A stretch of DNA of 64,000 nucleotides from Chiloscyllium plagiosum (lineage: Eukaryota), in contig NC_057719.1 in NCBI RefSeq assembly GCF_004010195.1, positions 93,948,659-94,012,658 of the forward strand, given 5' to 3'. The first letter of the stretch is position 1. Each line of letters begins with the position of its first letter. Of the stretch, positions 13,751-27,329 are shown piece by piece. The position numbers and the translations under genes are program-made. The notes below the pieces were generated by a model. The model was not told the origin of the DNA, did no database searches, and worked only from the letters and a program-made list of their open reading frames with translations.

Positions 13751-14964
13751 AAGCCCAATTTCTCTCTTCATTCCTTTAACTAAATCCGTCGTTCCAGTTA
13801 TCATTATGATTATTTAGAAGGTTACTGGTATTTTTCTGCAAAGTTATACGCAATCTGTGAGTGTGTGTGTGTGTGTGTCAGAGAGAGAGAACAATCCTCT
13901 GCAATTTCTGGATTACTCCCCGTGCCATGTGGGAAAGTAGTAAGGATGTTTAACAGTTTTGCTTAACACATTGTTAAAAAACTAGTTCAAGCGTGGGGGT
14001 TTCAGAGTTTTGGATCATTAGGATCTCTTCCAGGGCATGTGGGACCTGGACAAAATGGGCAGGTTGCATATTAAGCGGAGAGCACCAACATCCTTGTGGG
14101 AAGGTTTGCAAGTGTAAGTCGAATAAATTTAAACCCACAAACCATGAAAGCGGGAACCAAAGCAGCAGGTCAGAAACTGAGCAGAAGGTAGAGGTGAACA
14201 GGGCACCAGGCACGACCAGTATAATGACCATGCTGAGGGAAGGAATCATATCAGTACAAAATATGAGTTGGAATAAATGTTAGAGATGAGGCATAGGTTT
14301 TTCTGGGATTAACAGATAAGGATGGAGAGTATGGGGGACATGAGGAAATGAGGTGTGTGAGATCAGGAAGCTCGTGCACAAGAAAATATTAAAGGGGAAA
14401 TAAGTTGGGAAGGAGTGGGGTGGGATTTGCTGTGAAGAACAATTGGCAGTAAAGCACAGGAAAACTTGCTGTTTGTCAGAGTGGGAAACCTGGGAAGGAA
14501 TGTATTATGCTTCAGAGAAATGGCACCCTTATAGCTAGAAGTCTGAATTATAATGAAGGCAAATTTGTTTCCACGATATTGCTGTAGTGAAAATAATGGT
14601 AGCAGACAGCTGGAATAATGTCAGTGCTGTTGTTGGACGATGCTTACACTGAGCATGTGAATTACCGTGGATGTTCCCAGAGTTGGCTGGGCTTCCCTAA
14701 GTTGAGTAAGTGTTGATACTCCATGGGATGTTGCTGGTTTGTAATATAAACGCGGTTACTGAGGACAGTCAAAGGAACAAACCAACAATTTGCATTGACA
14801 ATTCTTTCAGAATATATCAGTGTTCATGGCTGCCACCACATAGAATCATTGAATAAAACTGCGAGCCTGCACCACAAGTGCATTTCCAAATTCTTTTTAA
14901 AAGGTTTGTGAGGTTACGTGCCTCAAGCACCCTCCGAGGCAATGCATTCTAGAAGCATACCACC

Positions 14965-15285
14965 AGGGGCAGCACTCCTGCCTCACAGCACTGGGACTCA
15001 GGTTTGATTCCAGCTTCGGGTAACTGTCTGTGTGGAGTTTGCACATTCTCGCCATGTCTGCGTGGGTTTCGTCCGGGTGCTCCGTTTTCCTCCCACAACA
15101 CAATTATATGCAGGGTATATGAATTGGCCATGTTAAATTGCCCGTAGTGTTCAGGGATATGTAGGTAAGGTGCATTCGTCAAAGGTAAATATAGGAGGAA
15201 TGGGTTTGGGTGAATTACTCTATGGAGGGTCATTGTGGACTTGTTGGGCCAAAGGGGCTGTTTCCACACTGTGGGGATTCTGTAT
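14965..15285 (+). mobile_element. HE1-like V-SINE
   Basis: tRNA-like head (GCCTCACAGC..GGTTTGATTCC), V-domain TGTCTGTGTGGAGTTTGCACATTCTC..GGGTGCTCCG, and a CR1-like tail GGGCCAAAGGGGCTGTTTCCACACTG. Confidence 0.82.
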
Positions 15286-17499
15286 TCTATGTCTATACCA
15301 CCCTCTCAGTTCAAAACGGACTCCGCAAATCCTCTCTCAAACCTCTGCCTTTCACTTTAAGCATGTGTCTCTTTGTTTTTGACCCAACGACCAAGGGAAA
15401 CAGCTGCTGACTGTTCATCCTCTCCATACCCCTCATGCCCTTGTACACCTGTATCAGGTTCTCTCCGCAACCTTCCCTGCTGCAAAGAAAAAATGAGCAA
15501 ATTTATCCCTCGCCATTAACAGTTTGAGTACTCAATTGTCTTGTTAATTCAGATGTGCATCATTTCACATTTGTCAGTGTTAAACTTCATCGGCAATTGA
15601 TCTGGTTATGGAAATCATCTGTTTATATCGTCCTGTACCCTAACCGTTTTTTCGTCACTGTGAATTACCCAGCTAGTCTTTGTGTCATCCATAACATTAT
15701 TTATCATTCCACAGCCATCCATCTTCCACATTCTCACCATCATCATTTAGGAATATTACAAACAAACCTTGATTTCCTTCTGTTCTCCAGATGCTACTCT
15801 CAGAGCTAGAATGAAGAATTCCAGTGTCTTGCTGTTCAGATTTTGGCGAATTTACAGAAGGATGTAGTTAACACCTATTATGAGGGAGCCATAAATAGCA
15901 TTTTCGACTCAGAGTTTAATTCACCTGTGCTCATCTGCATGTCTTATTCGCTACATGTCTTATTCGTAAAGCTTGTAATTAGTTTAGGATGAACTACGGT
16001 TTGGCACCTTGCATTGGAGCATTAGCATTTGGCATGGCAAAGTTCTTTGTAACATTCCCTGCAATAGTCAGAGTTGAAGAAATTATTCATCTGCAGAATG
16101 GACAGAGACTTGTTTGTTTGAATCAGTGAGTATGATGAGAATAAATAATCAATTAAATTCTGCGTCGTGGACAAATTTTAGGAGATCAAATCATATGCTC
16201 ATGTCTACCTTAAATTGGAAGCAAATACATACTGTAAACAAATATTCAGAAATGTTGAGACAATACACTAAGGGAGAAAAAACGTCATCTGCACTTGCTG
16301 GGGATCCAGAAATACAGAGTACATGTAAAATCTGATCAACAATCAAGTGATAGAAAATGAAGTAAATGAAATATTTTCTTAATTTTGAATGGAAACCAGA
16401 TCTCGATTTTCCTGAACAGTGATTTTTTTCAAAATTTCTCACTTCCCTAAAACCAAACATTTCCCTATCGCTGACACTTCACCTGCCACACCTCCTCCTT
16501 CCTACTCTTTCCTTACACTCCTACCTCCCTTACACTATCCCTTCTGCTGCTGCATACTCTTCCACTGATGCTATCTCTTCGCACATTTTTTCTGCCACTC
16601 CCAATGTATGTTAAACCATTTCCCCAGTTACCTCCTCTTCCCCCTGGCTATCCATGCACTTTTTATTTCCCAACTGGGATGATGGGAGCTGCTGGTTTCG
16701 GTGTTGCTATTGGTCATCAGTGAATGACAAGATTAAGATTATCAATATCCAAGACGAACAGGCAATAGTGCGTGTTTTTCACTGTCCGATTTGCCATGAA
16801 CAGGGTGGCTTTGTTCCCCATGGTGCAGAGTAGAGCTTCTTTCTCTCTCTCTGTCACAGCGCTTAACCAAACAGCCTCATCATAAATAGGACAAACCTCA
16901 CCTCAGAATCAGAAGTTCATGCACCAGTTTTCCCTTAAACATTGTGAGGGAGAGTGAGCACATTGTTCAAACAAGCTGTGTTTGATCTGTTTGCTCTTTA
17001 TTATGTTAATTGATTTTCCAATGCCATTTGAGGCAAGATCAGAGTGAATTCCCTTGTATTTGACGCATGTGGCATCAAGGACCCTGCACAAACTGTGGTC
17101 AACGGGAATCGGAGGAAATTCTGTGCTGGTAATTTCCTCATTGAACAATAACACCTTCCCCAGAGCTATTGGGAATGACAAATAAACTGCTCTTGCTAAT
17201 GCCTTCCAAAAGAGGTAAATTTATCCTGTTAATAACATCATGACATATGGTGTTTTCGCAGTTTGGTCTAAAGTCTCAGAAAAGTGGGATCTTGCAGTTT
17301 GAGTGTCATTCCAGTGAAATCAGGACGTTACACAATGATAACGGTCCTGATTATTTTCACTCAGTTCCTTTCTGAGGACTGCTTGCGCGATGTCAGTGCC
17401 TCTGAGTTCAACATTTTCTCTGTCCAGCAGCATCTCATCTCATTTGCTAAAGGCTGCACCAGTCCACAATTATAATTTATTGCCCGACTCATTCGCCCT

Positions 17500-19848
17500 G
17501 CTAACCAGATGTACTAGGCCCACAGTTTGCAACAACATAGAGATGCCCATGACCCTCTGGAACCCGCTTCCCCACCCGTGCTTTCCACACTGACTCCATC
17601 CCCTCCCCCAACCACACCTCCTGTCGTAAAAACACCATCTCTCCTGAACTTCTACTCTCTGATGCTGAATGTTCTGTACTCAGCAAAGATCTGAACTTTA
17701 CCTCTCTGTGCCCCCACTTTAATGAATTTCGGGCTCAACATGACGGTGAACTCTCCTTCCATGGTCTTCACCTCAGTCTCTATTTCTTTGGGCAAGATTC
17801 CTCTCCCTGTCGCATAGACCCCATCATCTAGCTCCAACACTCTTCCTCCACTTCGACCCCTCCCCCCTCTACCATTTTACCGGAGTCAATCTATTCATTG
17901 AAAACGCTCAACGTGACATTGGCTGCCTTAATTTCTCTTCATCCTACTCACCCATACCAACCTATCACAGCCTGAACAGACTACTCCCCGTGCGCTTAGA
18001 CCCAACCCTGACTGTGATATTCAGCCTGGGCCAATAAAGGTGGTGCTGCTGTGGTGTGATGGACTGATCACCATATTGTAGAGGCTGAGCACCACTCTTA
18101 AATACTCCTCTTATCTGAGGTCCATTAGCCTACCATGAAACATCAGGGCACTTTATCAACTACGATAACTGTCCTCATTTCACCACAACTAACATTCCCA
18201 AAGCTGATGGTCCTCTGATAACCGAGCCCACTTCTATCCCCTCATGGAAGTCCACAAACAGAATTGTCTGGGCAGACACATTGCTTAAGCTTGCACCTGC
18301 CATACAGAGGGGATGCATAGATATATACGTGGGCCCCAGTTATATCTGTTTCTTCATGTGGTACGTAGACCATTCCCTGTTCCAGTTCTACTCCAGCCCC
18401 CATCCACAACTTTTTCTCTGATACAGTTATCATCGCTGCTGCTTCTCCCTCTTATCCAGAATTGGAAAAGTTTATCTGTTTCTTCATGTGGTACGTAGAC
18501 CATTCCCTGTTCCAGTTCTACTCCAGCCCCCATCACAACTTTTTCTCTGATACAGTTATCATCGCTGCTGCTTCTCCCTCTTATCCAGAATTGGAAAAGT
18601 TTATCACTTCCAATTTGCACCCCTCCCACACCTTCACCTGGTCTACCTCTAACACCTCCCTTCCTTTCCTCGACATCTCTGCTTCTATCTCTGGGAATAG
18701 ACCAGCTACTGATTAACAGTATTAACCCACCGACTCCTAAAGCTATCTGGAGTATACATCCTCACATCCTGTTTCCTGCAAATACTGTATTTCTTTCTCC
18801 CAGCTCATCCATCCCCACTGCATTGCTTCTTATGATGCCAAATTCAACAAGGAAGCCTTTGAAATGTCCACCTCATTCCTCAAACAAAGATTCCCCAGCA
18901 CTGTTGTCCACAGAGTCCTCAACTTGGTCATACCCATCTCCTGCACTTCTAGCCTCCACTTCCGCTTCCCTCCATCAACAGAGTTCCATGTGGTATTACT
19001 GACCATTCCACCAGCATTCACATGCAGAGGATCAGCAGACCGCATTTCCTCGCCCCTCCCCCCACAGCCACCACCAGACACATTTAACCTCCCCTCCCAT
19101 GTCCGCCTTCGAGAGGGATCATTCCCCCCAGGACACACTGGTCTGCTCTTTATTCAGTCCCACCATAGGTCCACTTCTCTTACCCCTGCCGGAGGTTTGA
19201 CACTTTCCCATTTCCCTCCCCCCTCCTCAGGATCCAAGAATGCAACTATACTTTCCAGGTGAAGCAGAACCTTACCAACACTTCCCAAAATCCGGTCTAC
19301 TACATTCGTTGTTCACAATGTGGTCACATCTACATCGGGGAAACGAAGGGTATACTGGGTGAACGCTTTGCAGAAATTTCATGTTGTACCTCTGCAAAAG
19401 ACCCTGAGCTTCCAGTTGCCTGCCAGTTTAACTGCCCATCCTGTTCCTTGGTCAATATCTCTGTTTCAGGCTTGCGGCAGTATTACAGGAAAGTACAGCG
19501 CAAGCTGGAAGAACAACACCTCATTTTCCATGTGCGGACCCGGCAGCCTGTTAGACTCAAAATCAAGTTCAATAATTTTCAAGCCTGAACTCCCCAATGT
19601 CCTAGCTCCCTACCCATACACCAGACCGAGTTCTCACATCGCCTTTACTCACCATCCATTACTCACCCCATGTTGTTAGATGCTAACAGTCTCTATTAAC
19701 AGCTATCCAGTCCCTTCTGCGTATCAACCAACATTTTTCAAGCTACCATCAGCTCGGAGAAGAGTGTCATATCATATTCGATATGTTTCTTTCTGCAGAT
19801 AATTCCTCATCTGTTGCATTTCTCCACCATTTTCTGTTTGTATTTCAG
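17500..19848 (+). mobile_element. Penelope-like retroelement, long decayed copy (RT + GIY-YIG)
   Basis: VLSKDLNF, GPSYICFFMWYVD, LPFLDISASI and VYYIRCSQCGHIYIGETKGILGERFAE..RKLEEQHLIF. Its 3' end abuts the tandem array. Confidence 0.85.
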
Positions 19849-22800
19849 ACGTGTGTATACAGCGAGTACAGTAGGTGGCTGAGGACACAACCGTGGTGTA
19901 CGGGAGTACAGTAGGGAGCTTAGGACACAGCCGTGGGTGCACAGGTAGAAAGGTAGGGGACTAAGGGCACATCCGCGGATGTATAGGGAGTACAGTATGG
20001 GATTGACGGCACAGCCCTGTGTGTGCAGGGAGTACAGTGGGGGGCTGTTGGCACAGCCGGGATGTACAGGTAGTACAGTAGGTGGCTGAGGACACAGCCG
20101 TGGTGTACGGAGAGTACAGTAGGGAGCTAAGGACACAGCCGTGGGTACACAGGTAGAAAGGTAGGGCGCTGAGGGCACATCCGCGGGTGTATAGGGAGTA
20201 CAGTAGGTGATTGACAGCACAGCTGCGTCAGCGCAGGGAGGACAGTGGGGGTCTGAGGTCACAGCTGGGATGTAAGGTAGTACAGTAGGTGGCTGAGGAC
20301 ACAGCCGTGCTGTAGAGGGAATACAGTCGGGGTCTGAGGACACAGCCGTGGGTGTACAGGTAGAACAGTAGGGGGCTGAGGGCACAGTAGTGTGCTGAGG
20401 GCACATCAGCGGGTGTATATGGAGCACAGTAGGGTATTGACGGCACAGCCATGTGTGTACAGGGAGTACTGTGGGGGGCTGACGGCACAGCCAGGATGTA
20501 CAGGGAGTATAGTAGGGGGCTGAGGGCACAGCCCTGTGTGTACTTGGAGTGGAGTAGGGGACTGAGGGCACAGAAGTGAGTTCATTGGGAGTAGAGTAAG
20601 GGGCGGAGGGCACAGCCATGTCTGTCCAGGGAGTAGAGTAGGGGGCTGAGGGCACAGCTGAGGTGTACTGGGGACACCATAGGGAGCTAAGGGCTCCACC
20701 GTGTGTATACGGGGTGTACCATAGGGGGCTGAGGACACAACCTTGGGTGAATTGGGAGTACAGTAAGGGATTGAAGCTAAAGCTGAGGTGTGCAGGGGCT
20801 ACAGTAGGGGGCTGAGGGCAAAGCCAGGGTGTATTGAGAGCACAGTAGGGGACTGAGGACACAGCCATGAGTGTACAGAGGGTGCAGTAGAGGACTGACG
20901 GCTCAGCCGCGTGGATAGAGGGTACAGTAGGACGCTGAGGGCACAGCCGTGGGTGTACAGGGCGTACAGTAGGGGGCTGAAGGCACAGGTTGTACAGACA
21001 GAGCATTAGGGGGCTGAGGACATAGCCGTGGTTGTACAGGAAGTACAGTAGGGGACTGAAGGCACAGCCGTGTGTGCACAGGGAGTACAGTTGGGGGACG
21101 CGGGCACAGCCATGTGTGTTCAGGGAATACAGTAGGGGGCTGAGGGCAAAATCAGAGTGAACTGAGAGCACAGTAAGGGGCTGAGGACACCGCTGTGGGA
21201 ATAAAGAGAGTACAGTAGGGGGCTGAGGGCACAGCCGTGGGTGCACAGGAAATACAGTGGGGAGCTGAGGGCACAGCGGAGGGCGTAGAGGGACTGCAGT
21301 AAGGGACTGAGGACACAGCCGTGGGTGTTCAGGATGTACAGTAGAGTGCTGAGGGCACAGCCGTGGTGTAAAGGGAGTACAGAAGGCGGCTTAGGGCTCA
21401 GTGGAGGGTGAACCGGGAGTACAGTAGGGGACTGAGGGCACAGCCGTGTGTGTACTAGGAGTACAGTAAGGGACTGAGGGCACAGCCGTGGTGTACAGGG
21501 AGTACAGTAGGAGGCTGAGGGCACAGCTGTGTGTGTACTAGGAGTAACGTAGGGGACTGAGGGCACAGCCGGGGTATACAGGGAGTACAGTAGGGGGCTG
21601 AGGGCACAGCAAAGTTTGTACAGGGAGTACAGTAGGGGACTGAGGTCATAGCAAAGCGTGCACATGGAGTGGAGTAGGGAGCGGAGGGCTCATCTGGGGT
21701 GCACAGGGAGTACAGTAGTGGGCTGAGAGCTCTGCCATCGTTGTACAGTGGGCACAGTGGGAGGCTGAGGACACAGCCATGAGTGTCCGAGGAGTAGAGT
21801 AGGGGGCTGTGGATACAGCTGTGGTTGCATAGGGGATCCAGTAGGGTGCTGAGGATGCAACAGTGGGTATACAGAGAGTAAATAGGGGACTGAGGACACA
21901 GCAGTGGCCGTTCTGGTGGAACAGTAGGGGCTGACAATGCAGCAGTGGGTGTACTGTGAGTACAATACGGGGCTGTGGACACATCAGTGTGGTACAGATA
22001 GTAGAGTAGGCGGCTCAGGGCACAGCGGCGCGTGTAGAGGGAGTACTGTAGGCGACTGAGAGCACAGCCGTGGTGTACAAGGTGTACAGCAGGCAGCTGA
22101 GTGCACAGTGGAGGGTGTACCGGGAGTACAGTAGGGACTGAGGGCACAGCCGTGTGTGTACAGGGGTTACAGTAGGGGGCTGAGGGCGCTGCAGTGCGTG
22201 TATGGGGAGTACAGAAGGGGGCTGAGAGCAAACCTGTGTGTATAAAGAGAGTATAGGAGGGGGTTGAGGGCACAGCTGTGTGAGCACAAGGTGTACAGAA
22301 TGGGGCTGAGGGCATAGCTGTGTGTGCAGGGAGTACATAATAGGTCTGAGTGCACAGCTTTGTGTGTACAGGGAGTAGAGTAGGGGTCTGAGGACACAGC
22401 CGTGTGCATAAAGAGAGTACAGGAGGGGGCTGACGACACAGCTGTCTGTGTGCAGGGTGTACAGAAGGGGCCTGAGGGCACAGCTCTGGGTGTACAGTGA
22501 GTACAGTATGTGACTAAGAGCATAGCGTCGCGTGTAGAGGGAGTGCAGTAGGCGACTGATGACACAGTCGTGGTGTACAGGGAGTACAGCAGGCAGCTGA
22601 GTGCACAGTGGAGGATGTGCCGGGCGTACAGTGGGGGACTGACGGCACAGCCGTGTGTGTACAGGAGTTACAGTAGGGGGCTGAGGGCGGTGCAGTGCGT
22701 GTATGGGGAGTACAGAAGGGGGCTGATGACACAGCTGTGTGTGTTCAGGGAGTACAGAAGGGGGCTGAGGGCATAGCTGTGTGTGTACAGGGAGTACAGT

Positions 22801-24540
22801 AGGGGGCTGAGGATACAGCTGTGTGTGTGCAGGGAGTACAGAAGGGGGCTGAGGGCATAGCTGTGTGTGTACAGGGAGTACAGAAGAGGGCTGAGGACAC
22901 AGCCATGTGTATAAAGAGAGTACAGGAGGGGGCAAAGTGCACAGCTGAGGTGTACATGGTGAATAGTAGGGGGCTGAGGGCACAGCTGTGTGTGCACAGG
23001 GAGTACAGAAGAGGGCTGAGGACACAGCCGTTTGTATAAAGAGAGTACAGGAGGGGGCTGAGGGCGCAGCTGTGTGAATACAGGGTGTACAGAAGTGGGC
23101 TGAGGGCACAGCTGTGTGTGCAGGGTGTACAGAATGGGTCTGAGTGCACAGCTGTGTGTGTACAGGGAGTACAGTAGGGGTCTGAGGACACAGCCGTGTG
23201 CATAAAGAGAGTACAGGAGGGGCTGAGGACACAGCTGTCTGTGTGCAGGTTGTACAGAAGGGGCCTGAGGGCACAGCTCTGGGTGTACAGTGAATACAGT
23301 ATGTGGCTAATGGCACAGCGGAGCGTGTAGAGGGAGTGCAGTCGGCGACTGATGGCACAGCCGTGGTGTACAGGGAGTACAGCAGGCAGTGGAGTGCACA
23401 GCGGCAGGTGTAACGGGAGTACAGTAGGGGACTGAGGGCACAGCCGTGTGAGTACAGGGGTTACAGTAGGGAGCTGAAGGCACAGTCATGGTGTACATAG
23501 AGTACAGAAGGGGCTGAGTGCACAACCGGGGGGCACAGGGAGTACAGTAGGGGGCTGAGGGGACAGCCGTGTGCGTATAGGGAGTACAGAAGGGGGATGA
23601 GGGCAAAAGCAGAGTGAACTGAGAGTACAATAGGGGCTGAGGACACAGCAGTGGCTGCACAGGGAATATATTAGGGGGATGATGGCACAGCTGTGTGCGT
23701 AGAGGGAGTATAGAAGGTGGCTGAGGGCACAGCCATGGGTGCACAAGAAGTACAGTGGGGAGCTGAGGGCATAGCGGAGGGCGTACAGGGAGTACAGTAG
23801 GGGACTGAGGGCACAGCTGTGTGTGTATTAGGAGCACAGTAGGGGAAAGAGGGCACAGCTAGGGTGTACAGGGAGTACAGTAGGGGACTGAGGTCACAGC
23901 AAAGGGTGTACATGGAGTACAGTAGTGAGCGGAGGGCTCATCTGGGGTGCACAGGGAGTACAGAAGTGGGCTGAGGGCACTGCCATCGTTGTACAGTGGG
24001 TACAGTGGAAGGCTGAGGACACAGCCATGAGTGTCCGTGGATTAGAGTAGGGGACTGTGGATACAGCCGTGGTTGCATAGGGGATACAGTAGGGTGCTGA
24101 CGATGCAACAGTGGGTATACAGGCAGTACATAGGGGGTGCGGACACAGCAGTGGCCGTCCTGGTGAACAGTAGGGGCTGACGATGCAGCAGTGGGTGTAC
24201 AGCGAGTACAATACGGGGATGTGGACACAGCAGTGTGGTACAGAGAGTACAGTAGGCCGCTCAGGGCACTGCAGCGCGTGTGGAGGGAGTACAGTAGGGG
24301 ACTGAAAACACACCGTGGTGTACAGGGAGTACAGCAGGCAGCTGAGTGCACAGCAAGGGTGTACTGGGAGTACAGTAGGGGACTGAGGGCACAGCCGTGT
24401 GTGTACAGGGGTTACAGTAGGGGGCTGAGGGAACAGTCATGGTGTACAGAGAGTACAGAAGGGGGCTGAGTGCCCAGCTGGGGTGTACAGGGAGTACTGT
24501 AGGGGCTGAGGGCACAGGTGTATGTGCACAGGGAGTACAG

Positions 24541-24604
24541 NNNNNNNNNNNNNNNNNNNNNNNNNNNNNNNNNNNNNNNNNNNNNNNNNNNNNNNNNNNN
24601 NNNN
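24541..24604. other. Assembly gap within array
   Basis: Run of N. Confidence 1.
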
Positions 24605-27231
24605 CTGGGGGCACAGCCGGGTGGTGCACAGGGAGTACAGTGGGGGGCTGAGGGCACAGCTGTGCGTGCATGGGGAGTACAGTAGGGGGCTGAGGGCAAA
24701 GCTGTGTGTGCACATGGAGTACAGTAGGGGGCTAAGGACAGAGCCGTGTGTATATAGAGATTACAGGAGGGGGCTGAGGGCACAGCTGTGTGTGTACAGG
24801 GAGTACCGTAGGGGGCTGAGGACAAATCGTGTGTATCAAGAGAATACAGGAGGGGGCTGGGGACACAGCTCTGTGTGTACAGGGGATACAGTATGCGGCT
24901 GAGGGCACAGCGAATGTGTAGAAGGATTACAGTAAGCGACTGACGGCACAGCCATGGTGTACAGGGAGGACAGCAGGCAGCTGAGTGCACAGCGGAGGGT
25001 GTACTGGGAGTACATTATGGGACTGAGGGCACAGCCGTGTGAGTACAGGTGTTACTGTTGGGAGGTGAAGGCACAGTCATTGGGTACAGAGAGTACAGAA
25101 GGGGGCTGAGTGCACAGCCGGGGTGTACAGGGAGTGCAGTATGGGGGCTGAGGGCACAGCTGTGTGTGCACAGGGAGTACAGTAGGGGGCTGAGGGCACA
25201 GCTGTGCGTGTATGGGGAGTACAGTAGGGGGCTGAGGGCACAGTTGTGTGTGCACAGCGAGTACAGTAGGGGGCTGAGGGCACAGCTGTGCGTGCATGGG
25301 GAGTACAGTAACGGGCTGAGGACATAACCAGGATGTACAGGGAGTACAGTAGGGGCTGAGGACACAGCTGTGTGCGTACAGAGAGTACTGTAGGGGTCTG
25401 AGGGCACAACTGGGATGTTTAGGGCGTTTAGCAGGGGACTGAGTGCACACCAGGGGTGTAAAGGAAGTACAGTAAGGGGCAGAGGACACAGCTGTGTGTG
25501 CACAGGGAGTACAGTAGCGGGCTGAGGGCACAACCATGGGTGTACAGGGGTTACAGTAGGGGGCTGAGGGAACAGTCATTGTGTACAGAGAGTACAGAAG
25601 GGGGCTGAGTGCACAGCCAGGGTGTACAGGGAGTGCAGTATGGGGCTGTTGGCACAGCTGTGTGTGCACAGGGAGTACAGTAGGGGGCTGAGGGCACAGC
25701 TGTGCGTGTATGGGGAGTACAGTAGGGGGCTGTGGGCACAGTTGTGTGTGCACAGCGAGTACAGTAGGGGGCTGAGGGCACAGCTGTGCGTGCATGGGGA
25801 GTACAGTAACGGGCTGCAGAGAGTACTGTAGGGGTCTGAGGGCACAACTAGGGTGTTTAGGGGGTTTAGCAGGGGACTGAGTGCACACCAGGGGTGTAAA
25901 GGAAGTACAGTAAGGGGCAGAGGACACAGCTGTGTGTGCACAGGGAGTACAGTAGGGGGCTGAGGGCACAGCTGTGCGTGTATAGGGAGTACAGTAGGGG
26001 GCTGAGGGCACAGTTGTGTGTGCACAGCGAGTACAGTAGGGGGTTGAGGACACAGCTGTGCGTGCATGGAGAGTACAGTAACGGGCTGAGGACACAGCTG
26101 TGTGTGTATACAGGGAGTACAGTAGGGGTTGAGGGCTCAGCTGTGTGCGTACAGAGAGTACAGTAGGGGGCTGAGGGCACAGCTGGGGTCGACGTGGAGT
26201 ACAGCAGGGGACTGAATGTACAGCCGGGGTGAACAGGGAACACAGTAGGGGGCTGTGGACACAGCCATGGGTGTACACGTGTTACAGTAGGGGGCTGAGG
26301 ACATGGCTGTGCGCGTATGGGGAGTGCAGTAGGGGCTGAGGACACAGCCAGGGTACAGACGGAGTACAGTAGGGTTTGAGGGCACTGTTGTGTGCGTACA
26401 GAGAGCACAGTAGGGGGCTTAGGGCAGCTGTGATCGGCATGGAGTACAGCAGGGGATTGAGTGCACTGCTGGGGTGTACAGGGAGTACAGTAGGGGGCTG
26501 AGGACACACCCATGGGCGTACAGGGTGTGGAGTAGGGGGCTGAGGGTACAGCCGCGGTGTACAATCAGTACAGTCGTGGGGTGAGGGCACAGTCGTGGCT
26601 GTACGGGGAGCACAGTAGAGGGCTAAGAACATAGCCGTGGGTGCACAGGGAGTACAGTAGGAGGTTGAGGACACAGCCATGGATGTACAGGGAGTACAGT
26701 ACGGGGCTAAGGGCACAACCGGGGTGTACGGGGAGAACAGTAGGGGGCTGAGGGCACAGCTGTGTGTGTACAGAGAGTACAATACGGTGCCTAGGGCACT
26801 GCCGGGGTGGACATTGAGAACAGCAGTGGATAAGGGCACAGTTGTGGATGCATGGGTAGTACAGTAGGGGGCTGAAGGCACAGCTGGGGTCTGCATGGAG
26901 TACAGTACGGGGCTGAGGGCACGGCCGAGGTGTAGAGGGAGTACAGTAGGGGGCTGAGGGCACAGCCATGGGTGTACAGGGAGTACATTAGGGGGCTGAG
27001 GACACAGCTGTGCGTTTATGCTAATTACAGTAAGGGAGCTGAGGACAGAGCCATGAGTGTACAGGGTGTATTGTAAGGAGCTGAGGAGATAGCCATGGGT
27101 ATACAAGGTGTAGAGTGGGGTCTGAGGACACAGCTGGGGTGTACATGGAGCACAGTACAGGGATGAGGGCACAGCCAGGGTGTAGTGGGAGTACAGTAGG
27201 GGGCTGAGGGCACAGCCGAGGTGTACATGGA

Positions 27232-27329
27232 TCATTCCTGAAGAAGGGCTTATGCCCGAAACTTCGATTCTTCTGTTCCTTGGATGCTGCCTGACCTGCT
27301 GCGCTTTTCCAACGACACATTTTCAGCTC
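27232..27329 (+). mobile_element. Penelope-like terminal fragment inserted in the array
   Basis: Reverse complement of the 4048-4145 and 9226-9320 termini, flanked by TGTACATGGA on both sides. Confidence 0.85.
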
